From Antechinus flavipes (lineage: Eukaryota), in NCBI RefSeq assembly GCF_016432865.1, contig NC_067399.1:621984001-622048000 (forward strand): a stretch of 64,000 bases of DNA, given 5' to 3'. Every line of letters starts with the position of its first letter. Positions within the stretch are counted from its first letter, which is position 1. The notes beneath the pieces are model-generated. The model ran no database searches, was not told the DNA's origin, and saw nothing but the letters and a program-made list of their open reading frames with translations. The translations under genes were made by a program, and so were the position numbers. Shown in pieces: positions 36,776 to 49,245 of this stretch.

Positions 36776-39700
36776 CTAAGGTTAGAAGTAGATTCTAGAA
36801 AATATGAACCACCTGCCTCTTAACCTAGACAAACAGAATCTATTTCAATTAGAAGTCCTAAAATGATATCTTAGCATTCAAACCAAAAAAGATTAAGTTT
36901 GATGATTCTGGGGAATTAGATCAGGAAGCAATGATGACAAATCAAGGTAAACAAAATCTTAGATTAGGATTTTAGCCTGGGGTCATAACTTGGGAGGGGG
37001 AAAAATGACCTCCTTATTTGAATATAATTGATTTCTTTTGTAATCCAATATATTTTTATTTTATGTTTAAAATATATGTTCTGAAAAAAGGTTAAGAACT
37101 CCTGTTTTAGATCCTAATATGTTTATTTAGAAGACCAATGTTAGCTGCCAAGATTCTTTTGCTGCTATTCTATTTTAAGAATAATTTTTTCTTGAAAAGT
37201 TCATGTTTGAACCTGGATGTTCTTTAATGGCTTTCAATCTCTGACTGTCCTAGTAATAAATCAAAATATGAAACCTTACATTGATGCATATTTTTGGCTC
37301 TTGAACAATTTCCAGTAATTTATACAATTCAGTTTAATTCCACAAACATTCATTAAGAGCTTTCATTTAAAAAAAAATAAATGTTTTGATTAAACATGTC
37401 TATTCTGTGTCAAATTGATTACTGTCTCAGAAAAAGAGAAAGTGAGGGAAGGAGAGAAAACAATTGAAACTCAAACAAAAAGAATGTTTTAATTTATCTT
37501 TATGTGTAACTTTAGAAAAATAAAATAATATTTTAAAAATAATGTAAAATACTCATTTTTTCAATTACTAAATATTTATTTTCCCCTCCCTTTTGCTTGT
37601 TACTCATAAAAAAGAAAAAAAATACATAACCTTTGTATCATATAAATATAGTCAAGCAAACTCGATTCCCAGTTGACTATATCCAAAAACATGTTTTTTT
37701 ATTCTGTATATTATCCCATAATTTCCCTAATAAGAGATAGGCAGCCTTCTTCATCAATCCTTTGGAATCATGACTGATCATTACATTAATTAGAATTTTT
37801 ATGTTTTTCAGTATTAAAAAAAATCAATTTAACATATATTATTTTCCTAATTCTATTTGCTTCACTCTTTGTCAGATCACATATATTTTCTTGGATCTCT
37901 TTGAAACCATCTTTTCTACATTTTTGTATACCTCATTAGTATTCCATGACATTTGTTCAGCCATTTGTCAATTGATAGATGTCTACTTGGTTATTTGGTC
38001 TTTGTCATGGTGAAAAGAATTGCTCTAAATATTTTTGGATATTTATTTTGGACTTTTTCTTCTTTCTTTCATATCTTTGGGACATAGGTCAAAAAGTGAT
38101 ATTATTATTGCATCAATAGGTATGTGTTATTTAGTGACTTTTGGGGACATAATTCCAAATTGCTTTCCACAATAACTAGACTAATTTATAGTCCCATCAT
38201 CAGGGCTTCAAAATGTCTTTGCTTCTATTTTAAACCCTGTAAACGGGTATGTTGCAGTGGCAGTTAGAGTTAGATTTACAATCGTACAGGACCAGATTAA
38301 ATGCCAATTCAGCCTGTATAATCTGTAGAAAATCAGTTACCCTTTCTGGGCCTCAGTTTCCTCATCTGTACCTCTGTGCATCCAGCATAGTGTCTGGAAC
38401 AGAGTAGTCATTTAAAAAATATTTCTTGATTGATGTGCTCTCAATAACCTCTATGATAAGCATAAAAATATTTTCTTTCATTTGTATGGTGTTTCCAAGA
38501 TCCTTATGGAAAATTGAATAGTGCAATAAAGAGAGACTCTAGAGTAAGAGACTGTCTTTGAAACTTAGATGCTGTGTGATTTTATGCAAATATTCTAACC
38601 TCATGAGCCCCAGTCTCTTTATCTATAAAATAAGGGGTTTGGACTCAATAATTTTTTGGGTGTCTTGCAATTTCAAATCTATAATGTTACATTATCTCAT
38701 ATGAAGCCTTGTTGCAAGGCCATGAAACAGGCAGAGCAGATATGATCAGAGATGAATAAATTTACCCTCCTTGTGATTCACCAAACCAAAAATTCTCTTC
38801 CTTGATAATCCTCATCAGAATGTAAATTCTCTCATGGCAGGGTCTGTCTCAATTTGGTATCTGTTTTTGTATTCCCATCATTTAACACATACTCATTCAC
38901 TCATTCTTTCATAAGAAAATCAACTTGTTCTTATTTGGAGTCAGAAATTATTTTCATTTCACAGACCAATTATTCTATATACTTAATTTCTCTTCCCCAA
39001 GCAAAGATGAATGATCCCAATTCCTTTAATTTACTTTCTATTATACAATTGAAGGCAATCTAGCCCACTAGATTTTTTTATTATAAAATATAATAATAAT
39101 AATTTTATTATAAAATGTTGTATAACATTATATTATACTGCATAATTCCAATAAGATATATAATTTTACTGTTATCAAAAATATATAATCCCTATGTAGT
39201 CTAAAGCTCTCTAGTCCCCAGGGAGATTACTGCTGATTATGATTTTATGCCATTTATGTCTAACTTTAAATATGACAACGCTGAGCCACTAGAGTTCAGG
39301 CTGAATTTATCAGTAAGCCAGATGCAAAAAGGGTCTGTCTGCAATGTGAGAAATCTCATTTGCTCTTGCCAGCACATTTCCTAGCACCCTTAGAGTGTGA
39401 ATTGCTCAGGCGGTACTCCAGATCTCACACCTGCAATGGGAAGTGATGAAGTCTGGTAGGTGTGACAAACACCACTTCTGTCCTTGGGGCCCTTCTTTCT
39501 CCATCCAGGAGATACAATCTCAGTTCATTTCCAGGTCATATTGCAACTGTTTTTAGAATGATGAATTTATGACAGCTGGACTGACTGTGTAGTAAATGAA
39601 AATTATAGTGTAAACTGCAAGACCTTCCTAGATCCTTCCTAGTTCAATCTGATAACAACTCATACATAATACATACATTCATTGGTGGTACACACACACA

Positions 39701-41049
39701 CCAGTCTATTTTAAAATAGATCTGCAGGGGACAGGCCCTATTAATTCTTAATAATGTTAATTCTTAAATTTATATATTCAAATATGGACCAAGCTATGGA
39801 TGGATAGCCTTCACTCTAAATAGTCATTGTGTGCTCCAAAGTCAATCCTTAATTCCTCATTGATCATTTAGAAACTTTGCCAGTAAAGAACAGAGATATG
39901 GAACAAATAATGCAGAGGGTGCAGGTTGGCAGAACCTATACTTCCAGGGGGAAGTTTGAGGCAAACAAAGTAATTCAATCTCAATATGTTCAACATTTCA
40001 CTTAATTTCTTTCTTTAAAGAAATGTTTCTTGGTATCTTTTGTCTTTTGCCTACATTTCTCCCAGAATCCCTTTCCAGAGAACAAAACTATTAACAAAAA
40101 TATTTTTTTTAAAAGAGGAAGAAGAGAAAAAATTAGCAAAGCCAATTAATAAAGATAACTAATATTTATTGGTTATTTTATTTCAAGAACTTTGTTAATA
40201 AATAAAGGCAAAAATAAGTTTCTACTCTCAAGGAACTCATAGCTTAATGGGAGAGAAATGATGCAAATGATTATGTACAAATTAAACTTTGTACAGGAAA
40301 AATTGGGGGATAATTATGGGGGCTAAAGAGGCCTGAGAAATGCTTCTTGCAATCTCTGTAGCTTTGTCTGAAACTTGAACAAAGAAAGCAGAAATGAGGA
40401 AGGAAAGCGTTCTGGGCATTGGAAACAGTTAGTGGGAATACTAGGAATTGAGAGATGGAAAGTTCTTCATGATTTTATGCCATTCTCTTTTTATTGTTTT
40501 CCATTATTATTTTGTAATCATTGTATATGTTGTTTCCTGGCTCTGTTTACTTCACTCTGTACCCATTCATGTTGTAGTTCCATCTTTTTCTGTATAATAA
40601 AGATTACCCTGACCCTAATTGCTAATGGCAAGGTTTGGTACATTTTATCCCTCATTTAGTATTCTTTGTCATCTTTAAGGAGGTTGATGGGTCCAGGCCC
40701 TCTGCAAATGGTTCCTGATGTCCCCAAAGATATTCCTCAAGAATGAATTCCCTGTAATTCAGTTCCATTTAATGACTAACAGTTGGTTTCACCTTAAAAA
40801 AAAAAAAAACTATTTCAAAAGGTATAATGACAAATATTTAAATATTTAATAACCAATTAAATATTTAAATATTCTCATTTAGTTTCAATTCTGAGCCTAA
40901 AATCCCATCTTGGTCTTAAGTCTCAGGTATCCTGCTTCTCCAAGTCAAGCTAGGTGGTACCAATACCCACCTGTAATCCCAGATCCAAGATTTCTATCAC
41001 TCAAATTTCTGAGTCCAATGTAGATCCAGTGGGGGACAACTGATAGCTA

Positions 41050-42040
41050 GTCCTATTTATATGTCTTAGGTACCAATCCCTTATCTGAGAAATTTGCAAA
41101 AAAATATAATTTTTATCCTTTTGGCCATTTCCCCTTGAATCTCAGATGCATAGGTTTGGTTTGTACAGCTTTTTCAATTTCATGTAATCAAAACTATTGC
41201 TTTTATATTTTGTAACTGTCTCTACCCCTTGTTCAACTAAGAATTCATCTTCTACTCATCACTGTGAAAGTGATCATCACCTGTGAAAGGCATATGATCT
41301 GTTTCTCTTCTAATTTTTTTATAGTATTATCTTAAACACTTAGGTTTCACATGCATTTTGAATTTATTGTACAATATAATGTAAGATGTCTCATTAGCAA
41401 AAATCTATTTTTCTCCCTCTCACTTCTCTTTCTCATCTTCTATCACCTTCTTTTTCCACAAGAAAAAAAGAAAGGCAAAATCTTTGTAACAGATATGCAT
41501 AATCAAGCAAAACAAATTCCCATATTGTTCTTTTCCAATAAATCTATGTCTCAATTTTTGCGCTGTTCATCACTTTTGTCTGGAGGTGAATAGCATGATT
41601 TATCATTTCCCTTTGTTTTTATTTTAATCAAGGAAGGAGTTTTCCTAAAAAGTAAATTGTATTTTTAGTTTAGTGAACACTAGGTTATCTAATTCTCTTA
41701 TTTTTTATTTTCCCATGTTTAGTCTTTTTCAATGTTATGCTTTTCTATTTTTGTTAATCAACATCACACAATTTTAAAAATTCCTGCTTCATAATATAGT
41801 TTGAGGTCTGGAGGTGCGATTCCTCCTTTATCTCTTCTTTTCTTTATTATTTCCTTTGATAGTCCAGATCTTTTGTTTCTCTAAATGAATATTATTGTTT
41901 AATTGAATTTTATAAAATATCTCTTTGGTAGTTTTGTTGGTAAAGCATTAAAACTATAAATTAACTTTGTCATTATTGATATTTTTATTATTTTGACATG
42001 GTTTAACTATGAGAACTGATTATTCCTTTAATTTTTAAGT
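41050..42040 (-). mobile_element. Older, fragmented L1 ORF2/3'UTR pieces
   Basis: Degenerate matches to L1 ORF2 segments seen elsewhere in the window (tttgtacag-ctttttcaatttcatgtaatcaaaa; ataatatagtttgaggtctgg). Confidence 0.55.
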
Positions 42041-44851
42041 TGTCTGTGTAATTCTTGATGTCTTTCCATAATTCCTCCATAGATAATCTATCCAATATAA
42101 TTAAAGTTTCCATCTAGTTCTTCTCATTTTTCATACATTCCACTGCAATATATAGTCAGAGTAATGGAAGACAAGGCTGGAAGTATAAACTAAGGAGTTT
42201 TTACTTCATCCTGTAGGCAATGAGAAACTACTAAGGATTTTTGAATGACAGATCTATAACATAATTGGAGTTAATTCAGTGAAACATTAATCTCTTCTTC
42301 CTTATTATCATGAAGAACTGGATCAAGAGGTAGTCACATCCACATTACCTGAGGTTTTATGATACTTTGGTTTCAGGAAGAAATTACCATATGAATAGAA
42401 GGACAATAAAGTTGTATTTGATAGAAACTTACAAGAACATTAACAAAACATCATTAAAGGGTGGAGATATTTTCTTTTCAAATTATCTTGAATTGGAGTC
42501 AGTTGGACAACTTGAAATGAGCAATGTGTTGAACTTATTGGAAAAGATCAAGGCTTATAGTTAGCCACAATAGGTTGTAAAATGCGTTTTGTGCCAGATG
42601 AGGTGAAAACATGACATATGATATGAAATAGGCCTGACTTCAAAAAAATGAGGACTTTTTGAATTCAATAAGATCTAAGAACTCATATTTGATTCCTTTG
42701 GATTGATCGAGCCTTATGACAACATTTAGAAAGAGTTATTAAATAACATAATAGATTAAAAAAAACCACACAAATATTCTGGGATTTATATGTAATGATA
42801 ATGATATTGATAACAGATAAAATATATGTATATGTATATACATACATATATATATACACACTATATATCATTATATATATCTCACTGTGTTCCAGGCACT
42901 ATGCTAAGCACTTAATTATTATTCCACTTGATCCTTAAAACAACCCTGGGAAGTAAGTACTATTGTTATCCCCATTTAATAGCTAGGGAGACTGAGGGCC
43001 AACAGATTAGCCCAAGCTTACACAGCTAATAAGTGTATAAAATCAGATTTGAACTCAAATCTGTTACTCTTATCTCATCTCATCACTTGCATTCCTATAA
43101 TAAACAGTTCATGTGACATTAAAAAAGCCAATTTTCCCATTTTACAGATGAGGAAACTAAGAAAAATTAATGACTTGCCCTCAGTCATACAGCCAGTAAG
43201 TGTCCAAGGAGGGAATTTGAACCCTGGTTTTCCTGATTCTGTCATCTATACTGTTTTCATTGTTGCCTCTTACAAAGTAATGATTTTGAAAGACCAAATA
43301 TTTATTCCAAAAAGACCGTTAATGTTCAAAAAAGTTTTGGAACTTCTCTTGCAATTATCTTCTATGTGGGAGCTGAGTTTGCTGTGCAGAGTTACTGCCT
43401 TGTTCCCAGGTCCATTCATTGTTAGGCTGAATCTCCCAGATCAAGTCATGGAACTGTCCATCCCATGATGATCAAGCCATTGGTTTGACTTTAAGGAAAG
43501 TGATATGGACTCTCTGAGAAACTGATTTAGCCATCAGCCTTTTATAGGCATATTTGGTTCTGGCTTAACGGACAATCAAAATTTATTCCCTCAGAATGGA
43601 GTGATCATATAGGAAACAGTTACAGAATATCTTCTCCTTCCCATTCTCCACAATATCTACTTCTGTAAGTAGACTCGCCAAATGCTCACAATCTCATAAT
43701 TTGGTCTTCATTGGACAGGTCCTGGAAGTCATAAAAAAGTTAAAACTCTTAGTTTTCTTTATTCCATCTGTTTGGAAGTGGAGCTAGTGATACAAGTATT
43801 ATTATGAAACTAAAAAGAAGAAAAAAGTAATAAAAATAAAGAGATTATTGAGGGATTTAAAATGTTTAGAACAAAACAGAAGGAAAGTCAGTAGGAAACA
43901 GACAGTACAGCTTCAAAAATAACGTTGAATTTTTATATACATCTATATTATATATATATATATATATTATATACATCTATTAATAGGTCTCATTGCTTGA
44001 GTTATAGATATGTGAACCATTGTATTTCTCAGAACTGGAACAACAATATTTGGTGTCCTGTTAGTTAAAGTACATGCTCTTTATATTCTTTGTGTGAAAC
44101 CACTGGTTGTCCATATAATAATGAGTAACTCTATAGAGTACCCCAAAAATCTTAGTTTAGCTTGAAGCTTTAATGGCTTAAAAAGCAAGACCTCCCATTG
44201 TCCCACTGCCTCACTTCGTACTGCTTCATAAAAAGAAGTCCCTGCGTCTGGGTTGTTCCCCAATGCCTCTGAGGAGGTGTAATGGAAAGGCAACCCTTTT
44301 GTAACATTGAGCCACTTCAAAATGTCAAGGTGGTAACTAGATAAGTGAAGAATGATTATTTCAGATTCAATAAGAAAAGCTCATTCCTGCTTTTTATTCA
44401 AAACTACCCCCACCCTAATCCCCACTCTAAAGATTATGATCATTCATAATCCTCCTTCCTGGAAGATTTCTCACATTCAGTCTTTTATTTCTTTTATATC
44501 CTCCTCTTCTACTTCCAACATCTCTCACTATATGGCTCAACAGCCAGTGTTCTATATATATATTTACTGGAATGTCATAAATATTTACTGTCGGCTGCCT
44601 AGCAATCTCATAGCTTTAGTTTGTTTTGTGGGATTGTAAGGAAATGCTTTTCCTCCTAGTATTTAATTTTTGTAAAATTGGGCAGGGCAGAGGAGAGGAA
44701 AGGAGGGCAGGGCAAGGGTAGAGAAGGTGGGGCAGAAGAATCTTCTGTTATTAGAAAAGTACAAGGTGTTGGAATTTCCGGTTATAATTCTTCTAAGAGT
44801 ATTTCTAAGAGTATGATCCAGATTTGTGATTTCATGGTGTAGGCCCTACAC

Positions 44852-45054
44852 CATATGGTTCTCAAAGTATGATCTAGAGAATCCTGAGGATCTCTGAAAC
44901 CCTTTTAAAGGGTCTACAAATTCAAAAATAGTTTTTATTTCCAATATGGTAAATGTCTATAAATATAATCTAGATAAACAAAAACGCTTTGGAGAGATCC
45001 TCAATAATTTTTAATAGGATAAAGATACTGAAAACAAAAGTTTGAGAACCACTG
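44852..45054. mobile_element. hAT/Charlie-like MITE family A (203 bp)
   Basis: TIRs catatggttctcaaag / tttgagaaccactg. About 92% identical by hand alignment to the reverse complement of 62659-62859. Confidence 0.85.
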
Positions 45055-46571
45055 GTGTAGGGGAAACTCCATTCGCCCTTGCAGAGATCACTCCTGTAAA
45101 TTTGAGTCTTTGGGAGTTGTGTGGACTACAGAAAAGTATGGTTTGTTCAAGATTACTAGTGTGGATTAGAGTAAGGATTTGAATCTGATTCTTTTTCATT
45201 TCCAAGTCCATCCTCTATCCACTATGCCATACTACCTTTCATTTGAGATCATAAAATTTTAGAGGAAAAGACCATCTAATCTCTAGACTTACTTGAAGCT
45301 CCATAATCAGCTGGCCCTAGATCACACAGCCAGTTCTAATAGTAGAGCCATGGACAATACTTGTATTCTTTGAGTGCTCCAATCCAGTCTAGTACTAGGA
45401 AGAATGACCTAAAATAAGTAAACTTATTAAATGACATTGCATGTCATTTAGAAAGTAGATGAAGTACTATATATTAGAGTTGCATTGTGTGGTGAATGAA
45501 GGACCAGCTTTGGAATCTGGGTTCAATTCCTGCTTTTGATGCAGTTTCCTCATCTAACCACTGACCCACTGGGAAAATTGCCTAATTTCTCAGTGTCCCA
45601 GGCAACTCCCTAAGAATATGCATTAAAAAAGGAGTTGATGATCTCATACCTGTGAAGGTGAAATTCCCTATCCCAATGAAATCACAATTCTGGACTTTCC
45701 CCAAAATGTGACAATGGGAGACATTACAAATGTCCTGGACAAACATTTCTAGGAAGCAGAAAGATGGCAGACTTTGAAGCCCTAGGATCTGATAAAGAAG
45801 AAGATTTAGTGGGAAATAAGCCCATTAAGGACAGAGTCATCTATCCACTTAAAAGAAATGTACATAAACACAATATTGTATATATTAGTGTTCTCAAACT
45901 CCAACAGAAACAAGGGCTACTAAACCACCTAAGGAGCCCTGCTGGATACACAGTGAATTAGAAAAACACATATTAACAATAATTATGTTCCACTGAATTT
46001 TTATGTACTTGTTAAATATTTTCCAATAATATTTTAATCTGGTCCTGGCAGCACTCAGGAAAGTTGTAGGGCACATGCCTTCAGTCATATGAATGTTTGG
46101 TACCTTTTGCTTAGGCTTCTACCAGAAATCCTTTCCCCTGAGTACTTAATAATTCTATAGGTTAATTAGTTCACCCATATTGGCTATTCTTTTTCTTGCT
46201 CAGATTATTTCCATAGGACCCAGTACTGGCTCCTTCTTCCTTCTTCTTCCTTTTTTCTCCATTTCTCTTCCTTTTTTTCTTCTTTCTTCTTTTCTTTCCT
46301 CTCTACCTATCTTTCCTTTCCCTTATTCTGGAGGATAAAAATTTACTGGAGGCCTTTCCTGGTTCCTCCAGCTCCTAATGGCCTTCCCTCTACCATCCAT
46401 TTACTCTTTATATATGTTTATTTAAATGTTGCTTTTTCTGTTAAATTACAAGTTTCCTTTAGAAAGGAACTGTTTTTAACCTTCTTTTATATCTTCAGTG
46501 TTTGTACAGTGCTGAACACATATCAAACTCTTAATAAATACTTTAGATTAATTTGTTGACTGGAAAACATC

Positions 46572-46577
46572 TTTATT
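46572..46577 (-). terminator. Candidate polyadenylation signal of GPR15LG
   Basis: AATAAA on the minus strand followed by GATGTTTTCC, about 920 nt after the stop codon, in non-SINE sequence. An earlier AATAAA (46880-46885) lies inside a MIR-like SINE. Confidence 0.45.
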
Positions 46578-47497
46578 GTTCAAAGATATAGTGAGACATA
46601 AAGATGGAGTTTACACTGAAGCAATTGGCTGTTGGAATATATGAAAAAACTGGAATTCTCTTCCCAAGAAGTCTTTCCTTTGGATAAAAGTAAATGATTT
46701 TTTAAGTGCCTTGAAATCTCAGGATTTTTAAATTATGTCTTTCAGACTTGAAATCAATAATCCTCAGGGATGAATGAGACCCAAAAGACCAAGTCAGAAT
46801 CCTTCATTTTATAGATGAAACCCATGTGGCCAGTCCAACACTAAATAGCTAGTAAGCGGCAAAGTGCTAAACACAGAACTTTATTCCACTGTACTACACA
46901 ACTTCCGTCTCCTTCCCAGGACCTCATTCAGCCCCCAAATTACACAACTGGGTATATTGGAAGTCAATTCAAACATGGCTAGTTATAAGGTGAGTGCTAA
47001 TCCTGTCTTATGGCACATACCCTGTAATGGAATCCTTTGTACTTGTTCTTTGGGGATTTAGCACATAAGAACCACTCAGGAGGTTTAAACCTGTGATTCA
47101 TTCATTAGTTACAATACTATAACAAACTACCGTTTAAAGAACAGAATGGCAGGATCAGTTAAGTGTAGATGTTACAGAGGGACAGAGATAATGTGATCTA
47201 TGTTTCCTTGGCACAGACAGCTAGAGGAGCTTCCACTCTGGAGACTGGGAAGAATAAATAACACAACTGGCCAAAGAGTGGTTGAGTTTGAAAGATTTAG
47301 TGACAAAGAAGAGTGTTTGTCCTTTAGTGAGCTGGATGCAGTGGATCATCAGCATGATGCAGCTTGGAGAAGAATGAATCTTCTATGAATGATGAGGAGC
47401 TTTAGGTTGAAACCAAAAAGCAGTGAGTGTTGTAAGCTTGGAGATCAGAGAAGGGCTCTTGGTCTTTGCTTTCTCCATGGTTTCCTATTCTGGTTTG

Positions 47498-47589
47498 TTA
47501 TATCTGAGGAAGTGCCCCAGGGATCTTCTTACAAGGACTGATTTTGCCTTTACATAACTTGTAGTGTAGCGACATTTTTGGATTTCTCC
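47498..47589 (-). CDS. GPR15LG: GPR15LG/C10orf99 orthologue, exon 3 (92 bp): (G)RNPKMSLHYKLCKGKISPCKKIPGALPQI*
   Basis: Acceptor cttattctcag|GG, phase 1, TAA at 47500-47498. C-terminal PGALPQI matches the GPR15L signature PGALPQV. Confidence 0.92.
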
Positions 47590-47639
47590 CTGAGAATAAG
47601 AGAAGAAGGATTGGGTATGGGAGGAATGATGGATCAATA

Positions 47640-47905
47640 AAAAGGGAGGGGAGGGAGAGAGGTGAATGACAGAGATAGAGAGAAAACAGGGAGAAAGAAA
47701 GATGTGTATATAGAGAAGGAAAAATAGAGGGGGAGAAAGAGAGACAGAGACAGAAACAGAGAAAAAGAGAAATGGAGAGAGACACACAGACAGAGAGACA
47801 GAGAGAGAAAGAGAGAAATAGGGAGAAAAAATGAGAGAGCGAGAGGAGGGAAGAGAAGGAGAAGGAGGAGAAGGAGGAGAAGAAGGAGGAGGAAAGAAAA
47901 GGAGG
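47640..47905. repeat. Polypurine (GA/GGA/AGAC)n tract running into an assembly gap
   Basis: Near-continuous purines on the + strand, next to the GPR15LG exon 3 acceptor. Confidence 0.9.
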
Positions 47906-48390
47906 NNNNNNNNNNNNNNNNNNNNNNNNNNNNNNNNNNNNNNNNNNNNNNNNNNNNNNNNNNNNNNNNNNNNNNNNNNNNNNNNNNNNNNNNNNNNNNN
48001 NNNNNNNNNNNNNNNNNNNNNNNNNNNNNNNNNNNNNNNNNNNNNNNNNNNNNNNNNNNNNNNNNNNNNNNNNNNNNNNNNNNNNNNNNNNNNNNNNNNN
48101 NNNNNNNNNNNNNNNNNNNNNNNNNNNNNNNNNNNNNNNNNNNNNNNNNNNNNNNNNNNNNNNNNNNNNNNNNNNNNNNNNNNNNNNNNNNNNNNNNNNN
48201 NNNNNNNNNNNNNNNNNNNNNNNNNNNNNNNNNNNNNNNNNNNNNNNNNNNNNNNNNNNNNNNNNNNNNNNNNNNNNNNNNNNNNNNNNNNNNNNNNNNN
48301 NNNNNNNNNNNNNNNNNNNNNNNNNNNNNNNNNNNNNNNNNNNNNNNNNNNNNNNNNNNNNNNNNNNNNNNNNNNNNNNNNNNNNNNNNN
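47906..48390. other. Assembly gap (485 N) in GPR15LG intron 2
   Basis: Run of N. Confidence 0.99.
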
Positions 48391-48936
48391 AAGGCAGACA
48401 TATGTTTACAAAATCAAATACAATCAACACATGGGTGACAGTATCCCCAGCCCTATTACAGTGAAGTGAAAAATATGCTTTACTGGTAGATAACAGAAGG
48501 TGGTAGGAAATCTTATGTCTTAAGAAAACACATTTTTTAAAAAATCCAAGATTTGCAGATTCACTCCTTACTTGCCAAGAAGAAAAACACAGGGCTGATC
48601 CAGCTCAAAGAACTTTGGTGGTTCCCTGTTGACTCTAGGACAAATACTAACCCCTCAGTTTAATATTTAAAATTTTTTCTGTCTTCAACCTTTCCTTTCC
48701 ATGCTGTTTGTATGTTACTTCTCTCCCATATAATACATCACAGCCAATGTGATTAATTACTGTTCCCTATATATGCTCTATTTTTGTGCTTGCAAATTGA
48801 CCATTCTCTCTTCTCATCTCTCACTGCCTCTTGGAATCAATAATTTCCTTCAAGACACGTTACCATCAGCAAAATTATTTTACTGTAATAATGAACATAG
48901 ATATCTTTCATTGACCTTATACACCTAAAAAAGAGA

Positions 48937-48972
<36 letters not shown>

Positions 48973-49004
48973 GCATACATCATCTACATTTTATATAAAC
49001 TAGT

Positions 49005-49245
49005 TGTTTTTCAGTTATTTCAAGTGTATCCAACTCCTTGTGACCCCATTTGGAGTTTTCTTAGTAGTGATTCTGAAATGGTTGGCCATTTCCTTCTCCA
49101 GCTCCTTTTACAGATGAGGAAACTGAGGCAAATGAGGTTAAGTGATGGTCACTCAGGTAATAAGTTCTGAGGCCAGGTTTGAACTCAGGAAGATGAGCCT
49201 TCCTGACTCCAGGATCAGCACTCTATCCACTGTGCCATCTGGCTG
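49005..49245 (-). mobile_element. MAR1-type SINE in GPR15LG intron 2
   Basis: gttgttttcagt...tgtgaccccatttggagttttctt...ggttggccatttccttctccagctc...ctctatccactgtgccatctggctgcc. Confidence 0.8.

Noticed and set aside
43049-43468. 139-aa plus-strand ORF, one of the longest gap-free ORFs
   Set aside because: Built largely from MIR-like SINE sequence (LQMRKLR is the usual MIR core translation), with no splice or homology support.
46880-46885. AATAAA on the minus strand nearer the GPR15LG stop
   Set aside because: Lies within a MIR-like SINE variant. The 46572-46577 signal has better context. Neither is confirmed.
47555-47589. Alternative alignment in which the human C-x2-C maps onto S-x2-Y (RNPKMSLHYKL versus HHVRLCKPCKL), implying loss and regain of cysteines
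   Set aside because: LCK[GKIS]PCK versus LCKPCK preserves both Cys and their neighbours and is more parsimonious, though the alternative is not excluded without more species.
47498-48469. Long ORFs of 310, 255 and 212 aa in the ORF track
   Set aside because: They run through 485 N and low-complexity purine/pyrimidine repeat. Only the last 30 codons of 47498..48430 are real (GPR15LG exon 3).
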